From Gammaproteobacteria bacterium (GTDB lineage: Bacteria > Pseudomonadota > Gammaproteobacteria > Steroidobacterales > JABDLF01), in NCBI GenBank assembly GCA_041565075.1, contig JBFGOQ010000001.1, positions 30,340 to 94,339 on the forward strand: DNA of 64,000 nt. The letters are read 5' to 3'. The position numbers were made by a program, and so were the translations under genes. Positions 1 to 8,425 of the stretch are shown one piece after another; within the stretch, counting starts at the first letter, position 1, and every line of letters begins with the position of its first letter. The notes beneath the pieces are model-generated. The model did no database searches and had not been told where the DNA came from. It saw only the letters and a program-made list of their open reading frames with translations.

Positions 1-531
1 CGTGCGGTTCCTGACCCTGGGGTTACCGGTGACTGCGCCAACCCGTGGACCGTCCATGAAATGGCGCAGCAGCCACAAGGTTGCATTGGGATGCAGCAGG
101 GCGTCGCCGTCGAGGCACACCAGGAATTCATGGCGAGCGGCGAGAGCGCCCATACGCAGTCCCATGGCTTTGCCCTGGTTGCTCTCAAAGTGGATGACGC
201 GGACGCGTGAGTCGGCCGCATGCAGCTCGTCCAGCACCCGGCCCGTCTCGTCGGTGCTGCAGTCGTTGACCGCGATTACTTCAAAAACGGGATAGTTCTG
301 GCGCAACAGTGATTCGATGGTATCGCGACAGTTTTCGCCCTCGTTATGACACGGAACGATGTATGACACACCGGGGTATTCGGTCAGTCTCGGTGCCTGT
401 TCGTAAATGCCGGTATCTTTGCGCTCCCAGTGAAAATAATAGTACAGCGCGGCAATGATCCACAGATAGCCCATGAACAACGGGTAGTAATAGGCGAAAT
501 CGAAAATTGCTGCTGTATGACCGAAATCCAT
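1..531 (-). CDS. pgaC: Poly-beta-1,6-N-acetyl-D-glucosamine synthase PgaC, N-terminal 177 codons (3' end lies beyond the window start)
   Basis: This gene is absent from the ORF track because it runs off the window. My reverse-strand translation from the ATG at 531..529 reads MDFGHTAAIFDFAYYYPLFMGYLWIIAALYYYFHWERKDTGIYEQAPRLTEYPGVSYIVPCHNEGENCRDTIESLLRQNYPVFEVIAVNDCSTDETGRVLDEL...NQGKAMGLRMGALAARHEFLVCLDGDALL...PRVGAVTGNPRVRNRT. That is a family-2 glycosyltransferase with the PgaC/IcaA layout. It starts 3 nt after the pgaB stop. Confidence 0.9.
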   Translation of the reverse strand, partial: MDFGHTAAIFDFAYYYPLFMGYLWIIAALYYYFHWERKDTGIYEQAPRLTEYPGVSYIVPCHNEGENCRDTIESLLRQNYPVFEVIAVNDCSTDETGRVLDELHAADSRVRVIHFESNQGKAMGLRMGALAARHEFLVCLDGDALLHPNATLWLLRHFMDGPRVGAVTGNPRVRNRT

Positions 532-533
532 CG

Positions 534-2471
534 TCAGCGTCTCCGATGCGTGTATTCGGCCAGGGATGCGCCCTGGCGCAAGGTCTCCAGCTCGGGCCTG
601 CCTGCTATGAAATCGTCCGGATACCAGGCGAGGTGCCGAATCCCGAGACTTTGCAGCCGCCGCATTTGTGCCCTCAACATTGCCGCGTCCAGCGGCGTGT
701 CGTCACGCCAGTCGACGCTCTGTAGTTCGAAGATCACCTTGGCCGCGCCCTGCGGTGTGGCGATGACTTGCCTGGCGAGTTGCTCCAGGAATTGGTCTGC
801 ATCATTGCGATTCTCGAGAAAAGGCATCGCCATCAGGGCCACGTAGTCGTAGTTTTCCAGCGCATCCGCAAAAGACTGCGCCAGCCACAGCTCACTCTCG
901 GGCCTTAGTACGGTATCCGCAAAAAGATTTCTCGCCGTCTTCAATTCGGGCTTAAACCGTCGTACATGAGCCGCCAGCGTGACGGTGAAATCGGTAAGCG
1001 TTTGCTGCTTGTGCCGGGCCCAGGCTTGTGACGCAATCGGGTCATTGGGGAGCTCAGCGAATTGCGCCGCGGGCCCCAACACCGTAACCAGCGCCTGCCT
1101 GCCTGCAGCACTCGCGTCTTCGTACTCGTTCATTCGCGCATCGTCGTGAAACAGCAGGCCGTCAAAAGCCGTGAAGACCGCGAGGTCTTCATAGATTTCT
1201 GTGATCAGGCGTCGGTTGTCAGGGTCGAACGGCGAAAGCCGGCTTTCACCCTTGGGATCGGGGCGGGTACCGGAGAGCAAGGCTTCCTGTACCAGACGGT
1301 TGGCCTCGACACCCGGCTTTTCGAACGCCAAAACCGGCATCCAGGCAAACACGCCGACTTCGGCCCGGGTTTTCAGTTGCCAGGCCACGCGGCTGAATAA
1401 GTCGGCTCGTACCGGCATGTGGCGATTTGGAAAGTAAAGCGCCTCGGCAGCGCCGTCCGCGTCAGGGTCGGCAAACGCCTGTAAAAACACATGGCTGATT
1501 TGTAGCGCCCGAATCCGGTCGAGCAGGACGCTGAGGTTTTCTTCCTGCTGCACAGGATCGTCATCAAACACGTAGTCGAGATCCACGTGAGCGGCGCGCA
1601 CGATCTCGGGCCGGGCAGGCTGCGAGAGCACAACGGCGAGTTCGCTCGCGACGGGATTCGCTTGCACCAGGTAACGTGGAATCGTGCGAATTCTCGCCGC
1701 ACTTGCGAGACCCGTATCCAGAGTAAGGTTCACATCCAGGCCAAGACGCTCAGCGATTTCCAGCGATGCTGAGTTGTACTTGCCATACGGCCAGGTCATT
1801 GCAGCCGGCCGCGCAGACAGTTCACGCTCCATGACCGCCACGCTCCGCGCCAGGTCACGATGCAAGCGCTGCCGGTATTCCGACGCATTCTCGTAACGAC
1901 CGTCCAGGTGCAGGCGGGAAATGGCAGCCGGTAATTCATTGCCCTGGGGATTGGCGGCCACGCCCTTGTGCATATCGTGGCTGTGGGAGGCGAACTCGGC
2001 CAGCCCGGAGGCGGCCATTTCGCGAACTTCGTGCCATTGCAGGAAGTCTTCGCGGGTTTTGCGTTCGCGACCATAAGGAATGTCGGCACCGGCCGGCGCT
2101 TCCATCCAGCTGGTGACCAGGCTGAACACTGCCGGGAATCGAAAGGCACGCAACAGGGGGTAGACTCGAGTGTAGTGGCTGCGATAGCCGTCATCGAAAG
2201 TCAGCAGAATGGCTTTTGCAGGCAGTGCCGGACCGCCGGCGCTAGCGGCGCGGATCTGAGCGATGCTCACGGGTGTGTAGCCATGATCCCGCAACCAGCG
2301 GAAATGGGCAGCGAGATTTGCTGTCGAAATGGCGTATTGGTCGGGATCGTAGTCTGCGACAACCGCGTCGCGCACGTCATGGTAGGAGACGGCGGCAAAC
2401 TGTTGCGCGGCATAAGCGGGTGACAGGCCCGTCACGCACAATGCTGCGGCGAGGATGAGATGACGGCGCAT
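534..2471 (-). CDS. pgaB: PNAG N-deacetylase / export lipoprotein PgaB
   Basis: The 645-aa ORF has the signal peptide MRRHLILAAALCVTGLSPAYAA. A polysaccharide-deacetylase region (LTFDDGYRSHYT) is followed by a large C-terminal glycoside-hydrolase-like domain. Size and gene order (A-B-C) match the E. coli pga operon. The start shares one nucleotide with the pgaA stop (TGATG). Confidence 0.9.
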   Translation of the reverse strand: MRRHLILAAALCVTGLSPAYAAQQFAAVSYHDVRDAVVADYDPDQYAISTANLAAHFRWLRDHGYTPVSIAQIRAASAGGPALPAKAILLTFDDGYRSHYTRVYPLLRAFRFPAVFSLVTSWMEAPAGADIPYGRERKTREDFLQWHEVREMAASGLAEFASHSHDMHKGVAANPQGNELPAAISRLHLDGRYENASEYRQRLHRDLARSVAVMERELSARPAAMTWPYGKYNSASLEIAERLGLDVNLTLDTGLASAARIRTIPRYLVQANPVASELAVVLSQPARPEIVRAAHVDLDYVFDDDPVQQEENLSVLLDRIRALQISHVFLQAFADPDADGAAEALYFPNRHMPVRADLFSRVAWQLKTRAEVGVFAWMPVLAFEKPGVEANRLVQEALLSGTRPDPKGESRLSPFDPDNRRLITEIYEDLAVFTAFDGLLFHDDARMNEYEDASAAGRQALVTVLGPAAQFAELPNDPIASQAWARHKQQTLTDFTVTLAAHVRRFKPELKTARNLFADTVLRPESELWLAQSFADALENYDYVALMAMPFLENRNDADQFLEQLARQVIATPQGAAKVIFELQSVDWRDDTPLDAAMLRAQMRRLQSLGIRHLAWYPDDFIAGRPELETLRQGASLAEYTHRRR

Positions 2472-5008
2472 CAGAAACGCCCCCTCAGGCCGCCAGTGAA
2501 AAACGTGCCATATTCGAAGGTGCCGTCATACAAAGCGCGGACACGCCTCAAGCCATAATGAAATTGCAGCGCTTCCGATAATTGCAGAATATGCTGATAT
2601 TCGATGCTGCCCACGTTGCCGCCGGCGAAACCACTTTGCGTGTAGCGTCCCGCGTTAAACAGCAGTCGGTGCTCGAAGCTGCGCTCATAGCGCCGATAAA
2701 GTCGCCAGCGGCTGTCGATGCCGAGACTTATTGACCGATCCGAGGACGGGCTGAAGTAGCCGACATCGCTCCGGTCATTTGCAGATGCGAACAGGTTGCC
2801 GGTCAGATCAATTTTCCACGCCGGCCGGTTGAGAATCCGCCTGCTTGCGTCGAGCAACCACGCGGTGCGGAAGTTGCCATCGGAAAAATCCATGGCTTCG
2901 CCAGAGAGTCCGACTCTCAGCGTTTCGTTGCGTCGATAGCGGGCACTCATTCGCAGCCGATCGGCATCTGTGCCCTGGCGATAGGCGCGCAGGGGCAGGG
3001 CATGCGATGCCGATTCGATGAGTCCGTCGAAACGCCACCGGTCATTAACTTCCCAGCCATAACCCGCAGACAGCCCGGTCCTGGCGTCGCCCTCGAGGCT
3101 GCTTACAATTGTCGCGTAGGCGCTGTGGCCGGGTTGCCGATATGCAATGCCCAAACCAGCACGGCGCCGCCTGGCAACACCTTCGCTGAATTCGGCTCGG
3201 GCATCGTGCAGTTGGGCGAAAGGTCGCCACCGGTAACCCGTGCCGCCGAGATAAACACGAGCATCGGATTGGTGTTGCCGGCTGCCGAATTGCTCGCCCG
3301 AACTTTCACCGCCATCGGCGTCGATGACAATCTCGTTGCGATGATAGAGTTCATGACGCCTTGCCAGGCGTCTGACGCCCGGATGGTCGGCGTAGTCCGC
3401 CTGCAAGCCGGCAAATCGGCGCTCAAATTCCTGCCCGCGGTGCAGGTCGAGGAGCGCATTGGCGAGGCCAACCTGTGCACTGAGTAACTCGGGCTCGACC
3501 GCGTCGACCTGGCGATATTCGAAAAGGGACTGACGTGGCCAGCCGCGCCATCGGTACACGTTAGCGAGTTCCTGGCGTATGTCGGTGTTATGTGGCGCTT
3601 CCAACAGCATGTCACTGAGCGTGGCTTCGGCGGCCTCCAGCTGATCGGCGTAGGCGTAACTCAGTGCGAGGGCGATTTCGGCTTTCAATCGACGCGGGTT
3701 ATGCTTGATGACCCGCGATCCTGGCACGCTCCGCCAAATTGCCTGCGATGCTACGAGTGCCTCGGAAACCGAGCGCGCGGCAGCATGGTTTTCGAGTTCC
3801 ACCAGCGCATAAAACCGCTCAAGGTTTAAATCGAAATCTTCCCCGGCAGTGGCCAGTGCGAGGTCATAGAGTCGCCGTGCTTCTTCTGGTTCGCGCAAGG
3901 CGAGCCGCGAGCCCGCGACCGAGCGCAGTACATATACCGGGAGCGATTCATCCGGCAGACCGAGTTCATGATAGACAGCGACGACATCTTCGTGACGGGC
4001 ACGAGCGCGCAGGGCGACAATCCGGTCGAATTGGGTTACCTGCCAAAGCGGTGAGTCTGCGGGGAAGCGCGCCAGGTTAGCGTCGAGCAGTCGCAGCGCC
4101 TCGTCAAGGTCCCGGAAGCGTTCATTGCCCTGTGCTCGTGAACGCTCGCCCCAGCGAACCCAAAGTGCGGCGCGATCTGCATACAGCGTGTCAAGCTCGG
4201 CTTCGTCGGCGAGCCCGGGATACCTGGCGGCAAGTGCCAATGCCTGTTGCGGCAACAGCATTGCCTGCAAGGTATGCAATTTCCCGCGCAAGGCTTCCCG
4301 GTTGTGCGCCTCACGATCCAATATCCGGTCATAAGCTGTCAGCGCCTCAGGGTGATTGCCCGAGCTGCGCAACAAGTAAGCATTGATCAGCCCGCCACGC
4401 ACGGAATTCCTGAATGTGTCGTTCAAAGATTCAAATGCAGCGCGCGCCTCAACCGGCCGACCCGCGTCGGCATAGGTCAGCGCGAGACCGGCCAGGGCAT
4501 CCATCGCATGCGGATCCTGTGTCAACGTCAATTGATACCAGTTGACGGCGGCGTCGAAGTCGCCGACACCACGAGCAGAGCGTGCGACTGCTTGCAGCAC
4601 GTAGGCGGGTGCGGTTTGGGTTTGCAGCTGCGGGGCGAGTGCCAGTACTCGCCGGTATGATCCTTGCCAGGAAAGGACACTGAGAAGATCGTGCAACGCC
4701 GCTTGCCCGCCGCTTGCCGATGCGTTGATGGCTTCCAGAATGCGTACTGCAGAATCGACGCGTTCGGCGCGAGCGAGGCTGACGGCGTGCGTGCGACGCT
4801 GATCACCGGTCAGGCCAAGCAAGTTGCGGCCGACCTCAATGCGTGTGCTCAGAGTGAGCTTGGGCTCTGGCGATAGTATTTCGGCGCCGGCCGAACAGGC
4901 GAGCGCCCCCATCATGAGCAGGGTCAGCGCCCGTCCGATTCCTTGTCCTGCCAGGTGACGCATATCTCGCCAATTTCCGGGATTGCCGCGCGGCAATGCT
5001 AGTGACAT
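2471..5008 (-). CDS. pgaA: PNAG outer-membrane export porin PgaA (TPR domain plus beta-barrel). The probable true start is Met16 at 4963.
   Basis: The ORF is 845 aa. Its N-terminal half is helical and TPR-like. Its C-terminal half has beta-barrel-like alternation and ends ...FFTGGLRGRF. From MRHLAGQGIGRALTLLMMGALACSAGA the sequence reads as a signal peptide. It is the first gene of the pgaABC order. Confidence 0.85.
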   Translation of the reverse strand: MSLALPRGNPGNWRDMRHLAGQGIGRALTLLMMGALACSAGAEILSPEPKLTLSTRIEVGRNLLGLTGDQRRTHAVSLARAERVDSAVRILEAINASASGGQAALHDLLSVLSWQGSYRRVLALAPQLQTQTAPAYVLQAVARSARGVGDFDAAVNWYQLTLTQDPHAMDALAGLALTYADAGRPVEARAAFESLNDTFRNSVRGGLINAYLLRSSGNHPEALTAYDRILDREAHNREALRGKLHTLQAMLLPQQALALAARYPGLADEAELDTLYADRAALWVRWGERSRAQGNERFRDLDEALRLLDANLARFPADSPLWQVTQFDRIVALRARARHEDVVAVYHELGLPDESLPVYVLRSVAGSRLALREPEEARRLYDLALATAGEDFDLNLERFYALVELENHAAARSVSEALVASQAIWRSVPGSRVIKHNPRRLKAEIALALSYAYADQLEAAEATLSDMLLEAPHNTDIRQELANVYRWRGWPRQSLFEYRQVDAVEPELLSAQVGLANALLDLHRGQEFERRFAGLQADYADHPGVRRLARRHELYHRNEIVIDADGGESSGEQFGSRQHQSDARVYLGGTGYRWRPFAQLHDARAEFSEGVARRRRAGLGIAYRQPGHSAYATIVSSLEGDARTGLSAGYGWEVNDRWRFDGLIESASHALPLRAYRQGTDADRLRMSARYRRNETLRVGLSGEAMDFSDGNFRTAWLLDASRRILNRPAWKIDLTGNLFASANDRSDVGYFSPSSDRSISLGIDSRWRLYRRYERSFEHRLLFNAGRYTQSGFAGGNVGSIEYQHILQLSEALQFHYGLRRVRALYDGTFEYGTFFTGGLRGRF

Positions 5009-5073
5009 ACAGACAAAATTTTAGCACCGGCAGGGTGGCAGGCCGAGGAAAAACTCTAATAAATTCCGCAGTT

Positions 5074-5089
5074 TGTGACGGGCGTCACG
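5074..5089. promoter_or_regulatory. CRP-family operator-like palindrome TGTGA-CGGGCG-TCACG upstream of pgaA
   Basis: The sequence gtTTGTGACGGGCGTCACGtt was read directly at 5072..5091. The arms GTGACG/CGTCAC are a perfect inverted repeat. The site lies 66-118 bp upstream of the two candidate pgaA starts. A TAAAAT -10-like hexamer (minus strand) lies at 5023..5018. Confidence 0.5.
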
Positions 5090-5152
5090 TTAATGGGGTG
5101 TTTTGTATCCGGGGAACGCCCAGGGGCAGGGCCCCCTGGACCGGCCGCCGGC

Positions 5153-6208
5153 TCAGGCGTCGTCCGCCTGGTCCTCGCTGTCGGGCTCGGCCACGTCCAT
5201 ATCCTTGAAGTGCAGGCAACGATTGGCGCCTGACTTCTTGGCTTCGTAAAGGGCATTGCGACCACGGGAAATGAGGGTGCGGCTGCCGGTTATGTTTTGA
5301 ATTACCGGTGACTCATCGGTCATTGTGACAATGCCCAGACTGACGGTAACCGGCCGCAGCGGCCACTCCATCGCAGCAACCGATTTGCGCAGCCGATCAG
5401 CCTTGATCATGGCCCCTTCGGCATCTGTATGTGGCAGCACAAAGGCGAATTCATCGCCGGCAAATCGTGCCACATAGTCGGTGCTGCGCGTATCCTTGAG
5501 AATTATCTCCGAAACCAGCTTGATGAGTTCATCACCGGCATGGTGACCATGCTCGGCGTTGTAACCTTTGATGTCATCGATGTTTACAAACACCAGTGAC
5601 AACATGCTGTGATGGCGCAGTGAGCGCTGAAATTCTCTTTCCAGGTGTTCGTTAAAGGCCCGGCGGTTTTTCATGCCGGTAAGCTCGTCCGTGACGGTGG
5701 TGGCCACCAGGCGCGCGTGGGCAACCCGGAGCTGGGTTTCTTTGTCGGCGAGATCTTTGCGCGTCTTGATGAGATCGCTCACATTACGCGCCAGAGCCAC
5801 ATAGCCGCTGATCTCACCTGCCGCATCACGCGTTGCATGCAGTGACATGCGCACGGGGAAATGGCTGCCATCGCGGCGCACGCAATTCCATTCCTGTTCG
5901 TCGGGAATGCCTTCGCGGGCCCGGAATACGAAAACTTCGAAGCCGGGCTCGATGCGTTCACCGACTTCTTCGGATAGGCGCCGGGCGCGACGGGTTATTT
6001 CGCGGGGTTCATGCAGTATCGCCGGCGCGATTTTGCCGCGCAGTTCTTCGAGGGAATAACCGAGTTGATGCAGGCCTCCGGCACTGACATCACGAATTAC
6101 TCCATGCGGGTCGAGCGACATCAGGAGATAATCTCGGCTGTCGAGAATGGCGCTCTGCCAGGTTCCGTCCGTTAGGAAATCGGATGACGTCTCGGTTTGC
6201 CTGTTCAT
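5153..6208 (-). CDS. PAS-domain diguanylate cyclase (GGDEF domain with an AGDEF active-site variant and an intact RxxD I-site)
   Basis: The ORF is 5153..6241, with a likely start at MNRQTETS (6208). The N-terminal PAS-like region includes LMSLDPHGVIRDVSAGG...EELRGK. The GGDEF domain includes DELTGMKNRRAF...VFVNIDDIKGYNAEHGHHAGDELI...RSTDYVARFAGDEFAFVL, with RSTD exactly 5 residues before AGDEF. Confidence 0.85.
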   Translation of the reverse strand: MNRQTETSSDFLTDGTWQSAILDSRDYLLMSLDPHGVIRDVSAGGLHQLGYSLEELRGKIAPAILHEPREITRRARRLSEEVGERIEPGFEVFVFRAREGIPDEQEWNCVRRDGSHFPVRMSLHATRDAAGEISGYVALARNVSDLIKTRKDLADKETQLRVAHARLVATTVTDELTGMKNRRAFNEHLEREFQRSLRHHSMLSLVFVNIDDIKGYNAEHGHHAGDELIKLVSEIILKDTRSTDYVARFAGDEFAFVLPHTDAEGAMIKADRLRKSVAAMEWPLRPVTVSLGIVTMTDESPVIQNITGSRTLISRGRNALYEAKKSGANRCLHFKDMDVAEPDSEDQADDA

Positions 6209-6596
6209 ATACGTTCCCTGAGCAAATCGCAAAACACCCACTCTTGCTCCCGCAAGAGATGGGAAATGGCATGCCTGGGTTGTTGGAATCCCGGCATGCC
6301 CACATGCCTGACAAGATTCTGCAATTCAGCGTTCCCTGCCAGACGCCCCCGAAGCCTGCTTTTGGCGGTGCTCCGAAACTGGCTGTAATCATGCCTGCTT
6401 GGACCCGCTGCTGGAATCGGGGTTTCCCTGAAATCTCCCATTTTGTGATGCAGTACTCACAATTTTTTCGCTGCCGTCGTGGCAGCCTGCTGCGGGAGCT
6501 ACCCGGAAGTAGCCCGGAGTGCTTTGGCTGGTGGCATGAACATGCGAAAATACCCATGCGCCGGGCCCGGGCTGACGATAGACAAAGCGAGAATTA

Positions 6597-7595
6597 ATGA
6601 GCGACTTCAAAGGTATACCCGTGATCCGTAGCGGCAGCAAGTTTCGCACCGAGGCTGGATATACCGCCATCAAGGACGGCATCAAGGCTGCTGCGGCTTC
6701 TCAGGCCGAGCCCATCGGGCGCAAGCCGCCCTGGCTGCGGGCGAAGATCCCCGGCGGCCCGGTATACGATGCGGTCCGGCAAAACGTTCGCGCGCACAAA
6801 CTGGCGACCGTATGCGAGGAAGCGAAATGCCCCAATATCGGCGAATGCTGGAGTCATGGGACTGCCACCATCATGCTGATGGGTTCGGTGTGCACGCGCG
6901 CCTGCCGTTTCTGCTCCGTAGACACTGGGAATCCAGGGGGCACACTCGATGCGGATGAGCCTGCTCATACCGCTGAATCCGTGCGCCTGATGGGGCTGCG
7001 CTACATTGTGCTGACATCGGTCAACCGCGATGACTTGCAAGACGGGGGCGCCGCGCACTACGCGGCTTGTGTTGCGGCCGTAAAAAACGCAAATCCGCAA
7101 ACCCGGGTCGAAGCACTGACTCCGGATTTTCAGGGCCAGACCGGGGACGTGGAGACGGTGCTGGATTCGGGCGTCGATGTCTTTGCGCAAAACATCGAGA
7201 CGGTGAAGCGCCTGACGCATCCGGTACGCGACCCGCGTGCGGGGTACGAACAAACCTTGCGGGTACTGGCGCATGCCAAGGCATATCGGCCCGATGTGCT
7301 GACCAAGACCAGCCTGATGCTGGGCCTGGGCGAACGCGATGAGGAAATAACCCAGGCGCTGGACGACATCAAAGCGGCCAGCGTCGATATCGTTACTTTC
7401 GGGCAATATCTGCGTCCGACGATCAATCATTTGCCGGTCCGTCGCTACGTTACGCCGGCTGAGTTTCAGACCTACCGGCAATGGGGCCTGCAGCGCGGAT
7501 TCCTGGAAGTGGTCTCAGGGCCAATGGTGCGTTCCAGTTATCGGGCAGACCGGGTGTTCGCGGGCAACAACGTTGGCCTGGCAACCGGCACATGA
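6597..7595 (+). CDS. lipA: Lipoyl synthase LipA (radical SAM)
   Basis: The ORF is 332 aa. It carries [13 protein letters not shown] (auxiliary cluster) and [10 protein letters not shown] (the CX3CX2C radical-SAM cluster). Full-length collinearity with LipA was recognised by eye. Confidence 0.95.
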   Translation: MSDFKGIPVIRSGSKFRTEAGYTAIKDGIKAAAASQAEPIGRKPPWLRAKIPGGPVYDAVRQNVRAHKLATVCEEAKCPNIGECWSHGTATIMLMGSVCTRACRFCSVDTGNPGGTLDADEPAHTAESVRLMGLRYIVLTSVNRDDLQDGGAAHYAACVAAVKNANPQTRVEALTPDFQGQTGDVETVLDSGVDVFAQNIETVKRLTHPVRDPRAGYEQTLRVLAHAKAYRPDVLTKTSLMLGLGERDEEITQALDDIKAASVDIVTFGQYLRPTINHLPVRRYVTPAEFQTYRQWGLQRGFLEVVSGPMVRSSYRADRVFAGNNVGLATGT

Positions 7596-8416
7596 CAACA
7601 ATAATGAAAAGATCTGGCCGGATTGAAGTTTGCCGTGGTCTGCTGACGGGCCTGCTCGTGGTTGTGCTTGTGGCCTGTGCTACATCACCGACCGGTCGGC
7701 GCCAGTTGATCTTGTTTCCCGAGGATCAGGTAAATGGCATGGGCCTGACCGCTTTTGAGGAAATCAAGCAACAAACTCCGAGACTCAATGATCCCGCCAC
7801 GGTTGACTATGCACAATGCGTGGCCACGCAGATCATTCGTCAGATTGAAGGGGAGAATCCTGCTAATTGGGAAGTGGTGGTATTTGCCGGCGACGAGGTC
7901 AATGCCTTTGCATTGCCCGGCGGCAAGGTTGGCATCTACAAAGGTCTGCTTAAAACTGCGGAAAATCAGCACCAACTGGCAACCGTTATCGGGCATGAGA
8001 TTGCCCATGTGCGGGCAAGACATGCCAACGAAAGAGTTTCCACGGCTTTCGCGGCTGAAGGCGGGTTGCAGCTGGTGCAGATCCTGGCGGGGGATCCGAG
8101 CCCGCGCAAGACTCAGTTGTTTGGCCTGCTGGGAGTCGGCACGCAGGTCGGTGTACTGCTGCCGTTTTCGCGGGCCCAGGAAAGCGAGGCCGATGCACTG
8201 GGTTTGCGCCTTATGGCGGAGGCCGGATTCGACCCACGCGAAAGCGTACCGTTATGGGAGAACATGCAGCAGGCAGGCGGGGCAAAACCGCCGGAATTTC
8301 TCTCCACCCACCCGTCGGGAGATACCCGGATTCGGCTGCTTCAAGAGCAAATCCCGAGCGCCATGGAATTGCATACACGAGCGCGACAAGCTGGCAGGCG
8401 TCCCGCCTGTCGCTGA
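7592..8416 (+). CDS. M48-family zinc metallopeptidase, probable lipoprotein
   Basis: It has the [10 protein letters not shown] (HExxH) motif and further C-terminal M48 features ([12 protein letters not shown]). The likely start is MTTIMKRSG at 7592, which overlaps the lipA stop (ATGA). A lipobox-like LVLVACA is present. Confidence 0.8.
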   Translation: MTTIMKRSGRIEVCRGLLTGLLVVVLVACATSPTGRRQLILFPEDQVNGMGLTAFEEIKQQTPRLNDPATVDYAQCVATQIIRQIEGENPANWEVVVFAGDEVNAFALPGGKVGIYKGLLKTAENQHQLATVIGHEIAHVRARHANERVSTAFAAEGGLQLVQILAGDPSPRKTQLFGLLGVGTQVGVLLPFSRAQESEADALGLRLMAEAGFDPRESVPLWENMQQAGGAKPPEFLSTHPSGDTRIRLLQEQIPSAMELHTRARQAGRRPACR

Positions 8417-8425
8417 CCAGGGCGC

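Noticed and set aside
2-295. A 97-aa plus-strand ORF at the window start.
   Set aside because: The opposite strand encodes an unmistakable PgaC N-terminus across 1..531.
5120-5139. GC-rich hairpin (CCAGGGG-cagggc-CCCCTGG) just after the PAS-GGDEF stop, considered as an intrinsic terminator separating it from pgaA.
   Set aside because: No U-tract follows on the transcribed (minus) strand, so I cannot call it a Rho-independent terminator.
6241-6300. Small hairpins (CTCTTGC-tccc-GCAAGAG at 6241..6258, and GGCATGCC-containing repeats at about 6268..6300) in the cyclase/lipA intergenic region, considered as a riboswitch or sRNA.
   Set aside because: I recognise no resemblance to any riboswitch class, including the c-di-GMP classes. 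The stems are short and could occur by chance. They are left unannotated.
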